Shown: positions 41,504 to 51,175 of the stretch, piece by piece
Layout of the letters: the number at the start of each line of letters is the position of its first letter
How positions within the stretch are numbered: the first letter of the stretch is position 1
Source of the DNA: Promethearchaeota archaeon
Lineage (GTDB): Archaea > Asgardarchaeota > Lokiarchaeia > Sigyniarchaeales > SOKP01
Reading direction: 5' to 3'
DNA: 64,000 nucleotides
NCBI GenBank assembly: GCA_011364925.1
Contig: RDOA01000002.1
Coordinates: 129,044 to 193,043, forward strand
Made by a program: the position numbers and the translations under genes
Notes under the pieces: generated by a model
The model's input: the letters and a program-made list of their open reading frames with translations, nothing else
What the model was told of the DNA's origin: nothing
Database searches by the model: none

Positions 41504-41718
41504 TTGCTTTTAGGTTATTTTTTCTAATAAATTCACATGTTTTAGTAAGAATTTTACAATTTATAACTTAATGAACTACTTTTCTGAATCCATTTGTACA
41601 CTCTGCTGTATTAATTTAATAGAATATGTATAAAATTATGATTAATTTAAATATTAATCGAATTTGAGCATACTGGGGTTGAGAATAAAAAAATAAAAAA
41701 AGGATATAAATTAAGTAT

Positions 41719-42735
41719 TTATAAACGTTTGATAATTAATTCAGCCATACGATTTGAGAAACCCCACTCGTTATCATACCAGCTTAAAACGAACACTTCG
41801 TCTTCAACTACTTTTGTCCAAAGTCCGTTGAATACTGAGCTATGAGAATTTCCTACTATATCACTACTTACAATAGGATCTTCTGTATAATCTAAAATCC
41901 CTTTCAAACTATTATTAGAGGCTTCTTTCATTTTAGCATTTATATCTGCTGCTGTGCATCTATTTTCTACAATAACTTTTAGATCAACTACGCTTCCATC
42001 AAGAGTAGGGACTCTAACTGCGATGCCGTCTAGTTTTCCCTTGAGTTCTGGGAAAACAAGTCCTATTGCTTTGGCAGCACCAGTAGAAGTTGGGATCATA
42101 TTCTGAGCCGCAGCTCTTCCACGAATCATCTTCTCGGGAGATCCAGTTCTTGCAATATCTGCTGTTGTTTGGTCATTAGTATAAGAGTGAATCGTAGTCA
42201 TTAACCCATATTTGATTTTAAAATTTTCGTGTAATACTTTGACTACAGGCGCAAGACAATTAGTTGTGCACGAGGCATTTGAAATAATTTTGTGTTCATT
42301 AGTCAATTTATCATCATTACATCCTAATACAACTGTAAAATCTGGATCTGTTGCTGGAGCGCTTATTAAAACTCTTTTAGCACCTGCGGTTAAATGCTTG
42401 CTAGCACCTGCTCTATCAACAAATCTTCCCGTACTCTCTACTGCAACATCGATATTATTAGCGGCATGGGGTAAATTCGCAGGATCTCTTTCTGCTGTAA
42501 TTGGAATTACTTTTCCGTCAATTATTAGAGAATTTTCAGTTGATTCGACCTTTCCCTTAAATCTTCCGAAGACAGAATCGTATTTTAACGCATAGGCTAA
42601 ATATTTTGGTTCAAAAAGATCGTTGATAGAAATGATATCAATGTCATTCCAATAATTATCGTAGACTGCTCTGAAGAATAATCTACCAATTCTTCCAAAT
42701 CCGTTAATTGCAACTCGTTTTGCCATTTTCATCAT
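41719..42735 (-). CDS. gap: Type I glyceraldehyde-3-phosphate dehydrogenase
   Basis: INGFGRIGR, NASCTTNCLAP, PTSTGAAKA, WYDNEWGFSNR. Confidence 0.95.
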   Translation of the reverse strand: MMKMAKRVAINGFGRIGRLFFRAVYDNYWNDIDIISINDLFEPKYLAYALKYDSVFGRFKGKVESTENSLIIDGKVIPITAERDPANLPHAANNIDVAVESTGRFVDRAGASKHLTAGAKRVLISAPATDPDFTVVLGCNDDKLTNEHKIISNASCTTNCLAPVVKVLHENFKIKYGLMTTIHSYTNDQTTADIARTGSPEKMIRGRAAAQNMIPTSTGAAKAIGLVFPELKGKLDGIAVRVPTLDGSVVDLKVIVENRCTAADINAKMKEASNNSLKGILDYTEDPIVSSDIVGNSHSSVFNGLWTKVVEDEVFVLSWYDNEWGFSNRMAELIIKRL

Positions 42736-42855
42736 TTTAATTACTAATTTAAGTTCTTTTTAATTAAAAAGTTATGTAAATATGTGGTTGTTAGTTTTTT
42801 AACTTTTTAGTTTTATTTTCTAGATAGCAAACAATTATAATAATGCAGATTTTGA

Positions 42856-44085
42856 GTGATTATTATGGAAAGTAAAGAAAAAATTGTACTCCAAAAGATT
42901 GACGAGATGCAGAAAGAGATTACCAGTTTTTTACAACAAATCGTCGAAATTCCGTCAGAAATTCCTCCCGGAAAATATCGATTAATCTCGAAATTCGTAG
43001 CCGAAAAAATGAAGGAGTTTGGAATAGAAAATAAAATCAAAAGAAACAATGTCATCGGTGAACTGGGTAAAGATGGGGGTAAAACATTAATTTTTAATGC
43101 TCACATGGATACGGTAGAAGTTTTCGACGGATGGACAAAAGATCCTTATTCCAATGAAATTATAAAAGGCAAAATTTATGGTAGAGGAGCATGTGACGAT
43201 AAATCCTCTGTTGTTGCTGAAGTATTTGCTGCCAAAGCCTTATTAGATGCTGGCGTAGAACTAAATGGAAAATTGATCGTAACAGCAGTTGTAAACGAAG
43301 AAATAGCTGGATTTGGGGGCGCTGAGTATATAGCTAATGATGGAATAGTAAAAGGTGATGCTTGTATCGTTGGAGACGGTCCTCCTGATTATCCAATGGG
43401 GTACATAGGGGGTACACTTCAATTAAGCTTTACTACAAAGGGAATTCGACGGCACACAATGGCTTATCCTGATTTAGACCCTCCAAACAGGAACGAATAT
43501 TCTGGAATTAACGCCGTCCACAGAATGTTTCCAATCATCGACTTTCTTAGAGACTTACAAGTGGAATTAGAACAACACGAGACACAATACCCTCTAGCTC
43601 CTGGTATGCCTTCTAAAGTTGGTTCCGTTACAATTACAAAGATTGATGGAGGTGTATCACATACTACTGTCCCAGATAACTGCAATTTGCATTGTATCAT
43701 TAGTGTTATACCTGAAATGGATTTGAAAGCCATTAAAACAAAAGTGTTGAAGTTTGCAAATGATTACAAAGAAAAAAACCCAGAGATAGAATTAAGCGTT
43801 CAAGCACCTGTTTTTGTAGAACCTTTAATTGCAGATCCTAATACGGAATTTGCTAAGAGCGTGAAAAAAGCGTATAAAACCCTCTATAACGAAGAAAGGG
43901 AATTTAAACTGTTTATCGCCTCAACCGATGCCCATCATTTTAAACGAAATGGAATAGACACTATTGTGATCGGAACTCTGCGAGGAGATAATAATTACCA
44001 CGCACAAGACGAGTTTGTATATATCGAAGACGTAATTAACGCAACTAAAATATATGCCCTTGCAGCTTTAGATTATCTGAAATAA
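42856..44085 (+). CDS. M20 family metallopeptidase (ArgE/DapE-like)
   Basis: NAHMDTV, GRGACDDK, NEE, STDA, HAQDE. Confidence 0.88.
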   Translation: MIIMESKEKIVLQKIDEMQKEITSFLQQIVEIPSEIPPGKYRLISKFVAEKMKEFGIENKIKRNNVIGELGKDGGKTLIFNAHMDTVEVFDGWTKDPYSNEIIKGKIYGRGACDDKSSVVAEVFAAKALLDAGVELNGKLIVTAVVNEEIAGFGGAEYIANDGIVKGDACIVGDGPPDYPMGYIGGTLQLSFTTKGIRRHTMAYPDLDPPNRNEYSGINAVHRMFPIIDFLRDLQVELEQHETQYPLAPGMPSKVGSVTITKIDGGVSHTTVPDNCNLHCIISVIPEMDLKAIKTKVLKFANDYKEKNPEIELSVQAPVFVEPLIADPNTEFAKSVKKAYKTLYNEEREFKLFIASTDAHHFKRNGIDTIVIGTLRGDNNYHAQDEFVYIEDVINATKIYALAALDYLK

Positions 44086-44775
44086 TTCATCTTCTATTTC
44101 TTTTTCTAACTTTTGCATGATACAAAAGACTGATTGGAAACTTTTTGGACTTGCCTTGACGATATCTACCTCATTTTGATGTATTTCTAATGCTTTAAGA
44201 GCAGCTTTATCGTTCGCGTATTTTTTTAACAGTTCTTGTAGTTTAATCTCCAGTGGTTTGTAGTATTCTTCCCACCAGGCGTTCTCTGGTAAAGAAAAGT
44301 GTTCAATAAAGTCATAACCCCATCGATTAACTTTGTCGCGATGCTTAAAGAAATGTTTAGTTTCGTCGTGTATCACCATAAAGCCTCTGGATTTAAGGAG
44401 TCTTTTCCATGTCCTCAAACTTTTCTCAACCCCCAATGTTGTCAAGGTACCCTCAGCCCATATAATGTCAAAACTGTTGTCTGGAAATTGAATATCTAAA
44501 AGATTACAATTAATAGCTTTCACTCTATTGGTTAAGCCAGCTTTTTCAATTTTTTTCTTTAATCTGTCTAAACTATCTTGATCAATGTCTATTCCTATTA
44601 TTTCACCATCGCTTAATTTTGCCAATTCCATAGTGGGAACACCCGAACCACAACCAATGTCTAAAATGCGTGGTTTATCCAAATTTGGCAACTTCTTAAA
44701 TGCTTGTATCGTATATTTGCTGAAGGCACTTCTAAACTGGTCTATATCTAACTCATTCAATATTGCTTCAGACAT
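44068..44775 (-). CDS. Class I SAM-dependent methyltransferase
   Basis: ILDIGCGSG, GIDID, SFDIIWAEG. Confidence 0.88.
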   Translation of the reverse strand: MSEAILNELDIDQFRSAFSKYTIQAFKKLPNLDKPRILDIGCGSGVPTMELAKLSDGEIIGIDIDQDSLDRLKKKIEKAGLTNRVKAINCNLLDIQFPDNSFDIIWAEGTLTTLGVEKSLRTWKRLLKSRGFMVIHDETKHFFKHRDKVNRWGYDFIEHFSLPENAWWEEYYKPLEIKLQELLKKYANDKAALKALEIHQNEVDIVKASPKSFQSVFCIMQKLEKEIEDELFQII

Positions 44776-44878
44776 TAATCTTCAACCTATTGCTATTATA
44801 AGTAAGCTACTCATTTAAATGTCGAGGATAGAAGAGAAAAGAAAATTAAAACATCCTCACTAAGATTATTCAAGAAGG

Positions 44879-45340
44879 TTAAGAACTAAGTTTTTCTTTT
44901 AAACCGGTGAGAGCATTCAACCACGCCTTTTCAAAATAGTTGCGAGCTTCATGCCAATCACGATCTTCTCTCCAACCAGTATGGAACAAATAAAGTAGTG
45001 TTTTTTTCGGATCCTTAGCGCTTGGAGTAAAAACGATAACTACATGCGTCAAGGGATCACAGAAATTCATAAAAGACTGATACATCTCTGGTCCTTTCCA
45101 TTCAAAGGATAGAAATTTATCTTTTTCAATGCTGGTAATCTTACAACCTAATGTACTATTAATTTCTGGATTCTGAGGTGACCAAAATAGTTCGTATTTT
45201 CCCCCAACTTTAGGTTCAACGTCAGCTTTCTCAGGTAGCCATGATTCTAATTTCTCGTTCACAGTAAATAAATCATAAGCCTGACTAACTGTACAATTTA
45301 ATTCGATCTCAATTTGTATTATGTTTTGCATTACAGACAC
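44879..45340 (-). CDS. SRPBCC/AHSA1-like domain protein
   Basis: LESW..., PKVGGKY, LSFEW, HTGW, terminal AWxxAL helix. Confidence 0.82.
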   Translation of the reverse strand: MSVMQNIIQIEIELNCTVSQAYDLFTVNEKLESWLPEKADVEPKVGGKYELFWSPQNPEINSTLGCKITSIEKDKFLSFEWKGPEMYQSFMNFCDPLTHVVIVFTPSAKDPKKTLLYLFHTGWREDRDWHEARNYFEKAWLNALTGLKEKLSS

Positions 45341-45400
45341 TTTAAAATATTGTTAATAGATGTTTTAATATAAAATAAGATAAAAATAATTATAAAATTT

Positions 45401-46168
45401 TTAAATCTCCTCGCCAGACTCCTTACCGAGTAAGCGTATAACGGAATCTGCAAGTTTGTTTTGACTTCGGCTCATTATTCCCTTGATTTTCCCTTCTCTT
45501 CCAAGAACTCGGAGCATGATACCGTTCCAAACTGAAGATGGATTTCCCTTTTCTCTTTTAAATCGGTCTCTATGAATATCTACGCTAATATTCTTGTAAT
45601 TCTTAGACGCATCTGAACACTTAAAACATAAGATACATTTATCAATGTCTACAGCTATGTCATTGCCGTCTCGTGACATAGCATCTACGGCGCATTCTTT
45701 AGTAAACGCGTCAATTACTTTAGTGTCTTTCTCAGTACAATTGAACTTAATCGAACCATCTACTACTTTCCGAACTTTCTGACCGTTTTCTAATGTGCGA
45801 ACTTCTTCTTCGAATTCTGCGAGTGAACCATTCTCTACTAATAAAATCTTGGGCTCGCCATTAATTAATAATTCAAGCGTATATCCTGGACATATCCACG
45901 AACAACTTCCACACCAAATGCATTTATCGGTATCGACAACAATTTTTTTATCCGATTCAATCCCCATTTCTTCTGGTTTTCCAATAGCCGTCTTTTTTAA
46001 TGGCTCATCGTAAATAGATACAGTTACAGGGCAAACTCTATGGCAAAAGCCGCATTCTACGCATTTACTTTCATCGTATTTCAGGATGCTCTCATGAGAT
46101 AGCATTTTGTAAACATAATGAGTAATATTCTCATCAATTTCAATTGCTTTTTTAGCCGGTAATGACAT
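45401..46168 (-). CDS. Multi-[4Fe-4S] ferredoxin-like protein
   Basis: CVECGFCHRVCP, CIWCGSCSWICP and a degenerate CILCFKC. Confidence 0.8.
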   Translation of the reverse strand: MSLPAKKAIEIDENITHYVYKMLSHESILKYDESKCVECGFCHRVCPVTVSIYDEPLKKTAIGKPEEMGIESDKKIVVDTDKCIWCGSCSWICPGYTLELLINGEPKILLVENGSLAEFEEEVRTLENGQKVRKVVDGSIKFNCTEKDTKVIDAFTKECAVDAMSRDGNDIAVDIDKCILCFKCSDASKNYKNISVDIHRDRFKREKGNPSSVWNGIMLRVLGREGKIKGIMSRSQNKLADSVIRLLGKESGEEI

Positions 46169-46256
46169 AATCCCTCACTTATATATTATTTCTTTAATTA
46201 AAATTATATTTTTGTATTTTTAAGAATTTATAAAAAATCTTTTTTCCGTAATCGAA

Positions 46257-47396
46257 TTATGTTTTTTCTAATTCCATTTGGCTAATCGCTTTACCAGACC
46301 TAAATGGTATATCATCAATACTTTCCCCAGAACTATATCCAAATTTTTCCTTGAAGGCGTCATTTAATGATTGAAAGTATAACGATAGAGGAAGATGTTG
46401 TGGGCAGTTGTTATCACAATTTCCGCATTCCACGCAACGATCGGCAACGTGAGCGATTCTTGTTAATTGATAAGATTCTTTGTTGATGATCTTTTCCTTT
46501 CTCTTCTTCATTAGGATACAGTCAACACAATAACATACAGGACAGCCACGAATGCACATGTTGCACATCGTACATTTCTGAAATTTATCGAGCTTTTCTT
46601 CTTGCGAAAGTTTGTCCCACTCTTCTAAATCTTTTGCTCTTTTTGCCAAAGCTGTATCTTTTATACCCTTAAGGACTTCTTGATATTTTACTTTCAGATC
46701 ATCAGGTAATGGTTTTTTATTGATTTTAGACTTCTCTACAAGCTCGGCGCCTTTATTCGAATAAATCTTTAGAACTATTTCGTCAGAATCAATAGGTAGA
46801 ACGAGATCACTTACAGCGATATCTGCTACAGCCGGAACCTTCCTATAGCATCGTGAACAGTTTTCTGCTATGTTCAATCCAACTTCTTTAGTGCTACCAT
46901 CTTCAAATTGAAGGATTAATCCATTATCACCGACTTTTTCCTTAACAATTTTAGTTAAATCGATGCCTTCTACTTTCTTTATCTCACGGGAAACATCTAC
47001 TACCATCCCTCTATCCTCAAATCCTACGATGAAGAGATTATCCATGTTAATCTGCCTAATCTTTGCTAGCTCAATTATCCCTCGAGCATCACAAGGACGA
47101 GCGATTATACCTACTTTCTCGTTTTTTGCCCCATCGACGGATTTATGTAAAAATTTTGCAGCAGTATCCGTTCGAGCGTATCCATATGCTATCAAATTAG
47201 TTAAAGGAAATGTAGCAAAATCTTCTGGCTTCTCAACAAGTACAGGAGAAACTGTAAACCGATCAACAGCCCCAGATTTCTTGTCTACCTTCAAGTTTGC
47301 TCCGATTACTTTATCAACGAATTTTTCTTGCAAAAGTGTAGCTAATAGTTTAGGAAAATCTTCAATTTTGATTAAATATTCATCTAATGCATCCAT
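46257..47396 (-). CDS. FdhB/FrhB-like (F420-interacting beta subunit family) Fe-S protein
   Basis: RPCDARGIIELAKIRQIN, CSRC...ADI, CTMCNMCIRGCPVCYC, CVECGNCDNNCP. Confidence 0.75.
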   Translation of the reverse strand: MDALDEYLIKIEDFPKLLATLLQEKFVDKVIGANLKVDKKSGAVDRFTVSPVLVEKPEDFATFPLTNLIAYGYARTDTAAKFLHKSVDGAKNEKVGIIARPCDARGIIELAKIRQINMDNLFIVGFEDRGMVVDVSREIKKVEGIDLTKIVKEKVGDNGLILQFEDGSTKEVGLNIAENCSRCYRKVPAVADIAVSDLVLPIDSDEIVLKIYSNKGAELVEKSKINKKPLPDDLKVKYQEVLKGIKDTALAKRAKDLEEWDKLSQEEKLDKFQKCTMCNMCIRGCPVCYCVDCILMKKRKEKIINKESYQLTRIAHVADRCVECGNCDNNCPQHLPLSLYFQSLNDAFKEKFGYSSGESIDDIPFRSGKAISQMELEKT

Positions 47397-47493
47397 GTTA
47401 TTCCAACTCTAATTTGTATTAATTTCTCTAAAATTTATTTTTAATTTTTTTACTTTCTTTCTCACATTACACTTATTTACTAAAATTTTATTT

Positions 47494-47566
47494 ATGTGTT
47501 CTATGGTGCTCCCATCTCTTCTGCTGAGTTCTCGTTTTTTTAACTCAGCGTCATCAGCAAACACAT
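47494..47566 (-). promoter_or_regulatory. Eukaryote-type SECIS element 3' of hdrA-mvhD
   Basis: Minus strand ATGTGTT-TGCTG-ATGAC-GCTGAGTT-AAAAAAACGAG-AACTCAGC-AGAA-...-AACACAT: outer helix, AUGA/GA core, perfect 8-bp upper stem, A-rich loop. Confidence 0.88.
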
Positions 47567-47574
47567 TTATTAAT

Positions 47575-48021
47575 TCAAGCTTTCGCTTTTTCTTTTTGTG
47601 TGCCACTTTTAGATTTTAATGGACTTGGTCCTAGTTCTCGTATGACTTTATCGAATTTTATGGCTTCTTGTTGAAACTTTTGGCCTTCTGCTGCTGTACA
47701 ATATCCAAACATTATCCGTTCTTCACTGAGTCCCATTGATTTTAGAACTTCTTTCATATACTCAACTTGTCTATACGCGGCGTAATTTCCCGTCTCGTAA
47801 TCGCATTCTTTTGGATATCATCCAATAATCATCACACCGTCAGCTCCTCTCCCAAACGATCGCATAACCGTATCCGGATCGACTCTACCCGTGCAAGGAA
47901 CTAAAACTACTCTAATTGATAGTGGGTATTGGGCTCTTATTGTTCCCGCCATATCAGCAGAGCCATATCCTCATTTCCAGCACAGAAACGCTATAATTTT
48001 AATTTCTTGTTCTTCTGTCAT
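47575..48021 (-). CDS. mvhD: Selenocysteine-containing hydrogenase delta subunit MvhD/VhuD (148 aa, Sec17 and Sec68)
   Basis: MTEEQEIKIIAFLCWKUGYGSADMAG...VPCTGRVD...GADGVMIIGUYPKECDY...; TGA at 47973-47971 and 47820-47818, in frame with the 60-aa track ORF. Confidence 0.93.
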
Positions 48022-48034
48022 GTTAATTACCTCT

Positions 48035-50011
48035 CTATTCCTCCATTGGAAGTAATGCATCGATTTGTGCTATATACTGATCGTCTCTAAAATATGTTAG
48101 TTCAATTGCTTTGGAGGGACACGTTGCTGTACAGGATCCACAACCGCGACATTTGATTATATCAACTTCTAAGTGGCCTTCGTTGTTTACAGAAATGGCA
48201 GAATACGGACATATTTCAATGCATTTATAACACTTTGCACATCTCTCGTCTATTGGAGTAGCTCGTATTAGTTCCATCGTATGTTCACCTCTACCCATCG
48301 GTATACTAGCAGCTGACGCAGCTCCTCTTGCTTGACTTACGGCTTTATCGATCTCTTTTTGTCCTTGAGCTGAACCCGCAATGTAAATTCCCATTGTTTT
48401 TGTACTGATCGGATCTAACCTAGCATGATATTCCTTTAAAAACCCATCGGGACTTTTCTCCATGTTAATAACCCTTGCAATTTCTACTGTTCCTTTAGAT
48501 GGAAGCGATGCCGGCGATAAAACTACCATCTCAAATTCCATTGTAACTACGGTATCGGTTCCAACAGGCTCAAATTGTACTGTTAAATTCTTTGTTAGTG
48601 GATCTTCTTGGATATCTCCAACTATTCCCTTAACAAAAATTATCCCCGCATTTCTTGAACGCCTATAGTATTCTTCGTAATCTTTTCCTGCGCATCTCAT
48701 ATCTATATAAGAACATAATATATCTGAATCAGGATACTCCGATTTTATTAATTTCGAGTTCTTTAGAGACAAATTGCAGCATATTACTGAACAGTGCGCG
48801 TTTTTCGTGACATCTCTACTCCCTACGCAATTGATAAATAATATTTTTTTTGGGCGTTTTCCATCAGATGGTCGTTTTAAGTGGCCATATGTAGGTCCGT
48901 TAGGAGCTAATATTCGTTCAAGCTGAATTTGATTGATTACATTATCGTAGGTTCCAAATCCATAATCTGGTCCTTCATAGATGTCCCACCCCGTTGCAAC
49001 TATTATTGTCCCAACTTCGAGATCTACATATTCATCTTGAATGCTAAAATCGATCGCGTCTTCTTCACACGAATCAACGCAAGCAAAACATTCTACACAG
49101 GTTTCTCGATTTATATCGTAAATAGCAGGAACTGCTTGGGCAAAGGCAATATCAATACATTTTCTCGCAGATAATCCTTCATCGAAGTAATTTGGAATGT
49201 AAATTGGACATACTTCAGTACAGGCTCCGCATCCCGTACATTTAGTTTCACTAACGAATCGGGATTTCCTTTTAACCTTAACCCTGAAATTACCAATATA
49301 CCCATCAACTTGGATGACTTCGGAGTAAGATAATATTTCAATATTTTTATGGCGGTTTGCTTCTAACATCTTCGGTCCGAGAATTCATATCGAACAGTCA
49401 TCTGTAGGAAAAGTTCTATCTAATTGACTCATTCTTCCACCGATCGTAGTGTTTTTCTCAACTAAATATACTTTAAATCCTTTGTCTCCTAAGTCAATTG
49501 CGGCTGATAATCCAGCAATTCCTCCACCAATTACGAGAGCTTCCTTTTTAACGGGAACTGTTTTCGTGGGTACATCTTCTAATAATCGCGCTCGTGCTAT
49601 TCCCGCGGTTATGAGCTCAATTGCTTTCTGAACGGCTTTTTCTCTGTCTTCTGGAGCTTGGTGGACAAAGCTACAATGTTCTCTGATGTTTACAAATTCT
49701 AAATATCTTGGAGGAATATTAGCTTCGCTAAGTATTGCGTGAAAGACGGGTTGATGCGTCTTTGGAGTGCACGCAGCTACAACGATTCTTTCGAGTTTAA
49801 ATTCTTCGATCTGTTCCTTTATGTATTCTGAACCTCCCTCGGTTCACATAGAAAGATATTCGTATGCTTTAACTCTATCTAATTTGTTTAATTCTTCAAC
49901 AATTCTAGGTACGTCTAGTATTCCAGCGATATTTATACCTCAGCGACACACAAATACACCAACAACTGATTTCTCAGTGTTTTCATCATCCTTGGTCTGA
50001 TTTCCAGACAA
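48035..50011 (-). CDS. hdrA: Selenocysteine-containing heterodisulfide reductase subunit A (658 aa, Sec24, Sec56, Sec209)
   Basis: TTG start after in-frame TAA; GVFVCRUGINI, YLSMUTEGG, VVAACTP, NIREHCSFVH, IGGGIAG, TFPTDDCSIUILGPKM; TGA at 49942-40, 49846-44, 49387-85, in frame with track ORF 48035..49369. Confidence 0.93.
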
Positions 50012-50294
50012 CCTTTACACCTTTGTATATATATCCTCCTAATAATTCAAGAGTCTATACTTCACTAATAGCTTCTTTATTATTTCTAATACATAATAAT
50101 TATGTTATGTAAAATAGTTCTTATTATTAAAATTCAATTATTATTAGTCTTAAATAGGAAAGTTTTGAGTTTGGAACTTTCTTCATTTAGGATTTATGTC
50201 GAAAATCCGATTTAGTATTAGATTAGATAAAAATTATAACTAATGATCGTATTTTTTACTCTTAAGTATAATATTTATTAATTGAGGATTATCT

Positions 50295-51098
50295 ATGCTA
50301 GAATCTCAACCTCAAACTGAAAAAAAAAAGAAATATAGAATCGACGAACTCCAAAGAAAAACATTAATTGGGAAGATTTATCCAATACTTTTAATTGGAT
50401 CGTTAATTTGGTTAGCAGGAGAACTCTTATTTAGCTATTTATTCTCAGATCTGGAATTAACAGGAATAAATTTAATTTATTATATTATTGTGGTAATAGT
50501 AGAAGTGAATTTATTTGTCACATTTTTCTTTACTTCCCGATATAATAAAACACTATTGAGCTTCTTAATTTTTATAGTACTGTCCTTTCTTTTGGGAATT
50601 TTAAGTTTACCCATAGTAATTTTCACACAATTTATTCCCCAACTTCACATGTTCGTAAGTCTCTCTGTGGGTGCAAATCTTATAGTTAACTTCATGACGC
50701 TCTTTTTAAGAGATAAATACTTCTCTAAAGGGTATATTTGGACGCATCTGTTATTGTTCTTGGTTGGTTGTGCAATAGTAGAACTTGTATTTATTTTTGT
50801 TTTTAATATCCATAACTTCTTGTTAACTATACCAATCTCCTTAGCGTATATTTTGATCGTTTCCATGATTTTGATCTTTTTTGGCGTTCGAATGGTTCAG
50901 CAAATTAAAGAAAATAATTGGATGTACGCCTTATTTAAAATTCTTGGGGTCATATTATTATCCCTTGCAGTAGCTGTTGTAATTGTTGTAATCGTACTTA
51001 TTGCGATCGCATGTATAATTGCCGGTGATAGTGCTGTAGATTTATCAGGTTTCGCTGGCGGTGGAGGACCCAGAAGAAAAAAGAAGAAACTACAGTAA
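50295..51098 (+). CDS. Hypothetical polytopic membrane protein (~7 TM)
   Basis: Highly hydrophobic with a basic C-terminus; weak resemblance to Bax-inhibitor-1/YccA topology. Confidence 0.6.
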   Translation: MLESQPQTEKKKKYRIDELQRKTLIGKIYPILLIGSLIWLAGELLFSYLFSDLELTGINLIYYIIVVIVEVNLFVTFFFTSRYNKTLLSFLIFIVLSFLLGILSLPIVIFTQFIPQLHMFVSLSVGANLIVNFMTLFLRDKYFSKGYIWTHLLLFLVGCAIVELVFIFVFNIHNFLLTIPISLAYILIVSMILIFFGVRMVQQIKENNWMYALFKILGVILLSLAVAVVIVVIVLIAIACIIAGDSAVDLSGFAGGGGPRRKKKKLQ

Positions 51099-51175
51099 AG
51101 TTAAAACTTTTTTTTCCTATTTATTAAACTATCAGTTTTAACAAAATTAAAGAGAAATAATTAGGTATCATAACT

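Noticed and set aside
44068-44085. 18-bp overlap of convergent M20 peptidase and methyltransferase genes
   Set aside because: Short convergent overlaps are ordinary in compact archaeal genomes.
47409-47606. 65-aa ORF on the minus strand (MAHKKKKRK...)
   Set aside because: Overlaps the mvhD 3' end in another frame and runs through the SECIS and AT-rich spacer; no recognisable protein features.
47575-50011. Reading hdrA and mvhD as pseudogenes or as alternative genetic code
   Set aside because: All five internal stops are TGA at Cys columns with no frameshifts or TAA/TAG. TGA is an ordinary stop for other genes here and Trp uses TGG, so Sec recoding fits best.
50154-50186. SECIS-like hairpin upstream of hdrA (minus: AUGAA-GAAAGUU-CCAAACUCAA-AACUUUC-CUAU)
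   Set aside because: Has AUGA and a 7-bp stem but lacks the 3' GA needed for the core, and may lie outside the transcript; not called, though worth including in a covariance scan.
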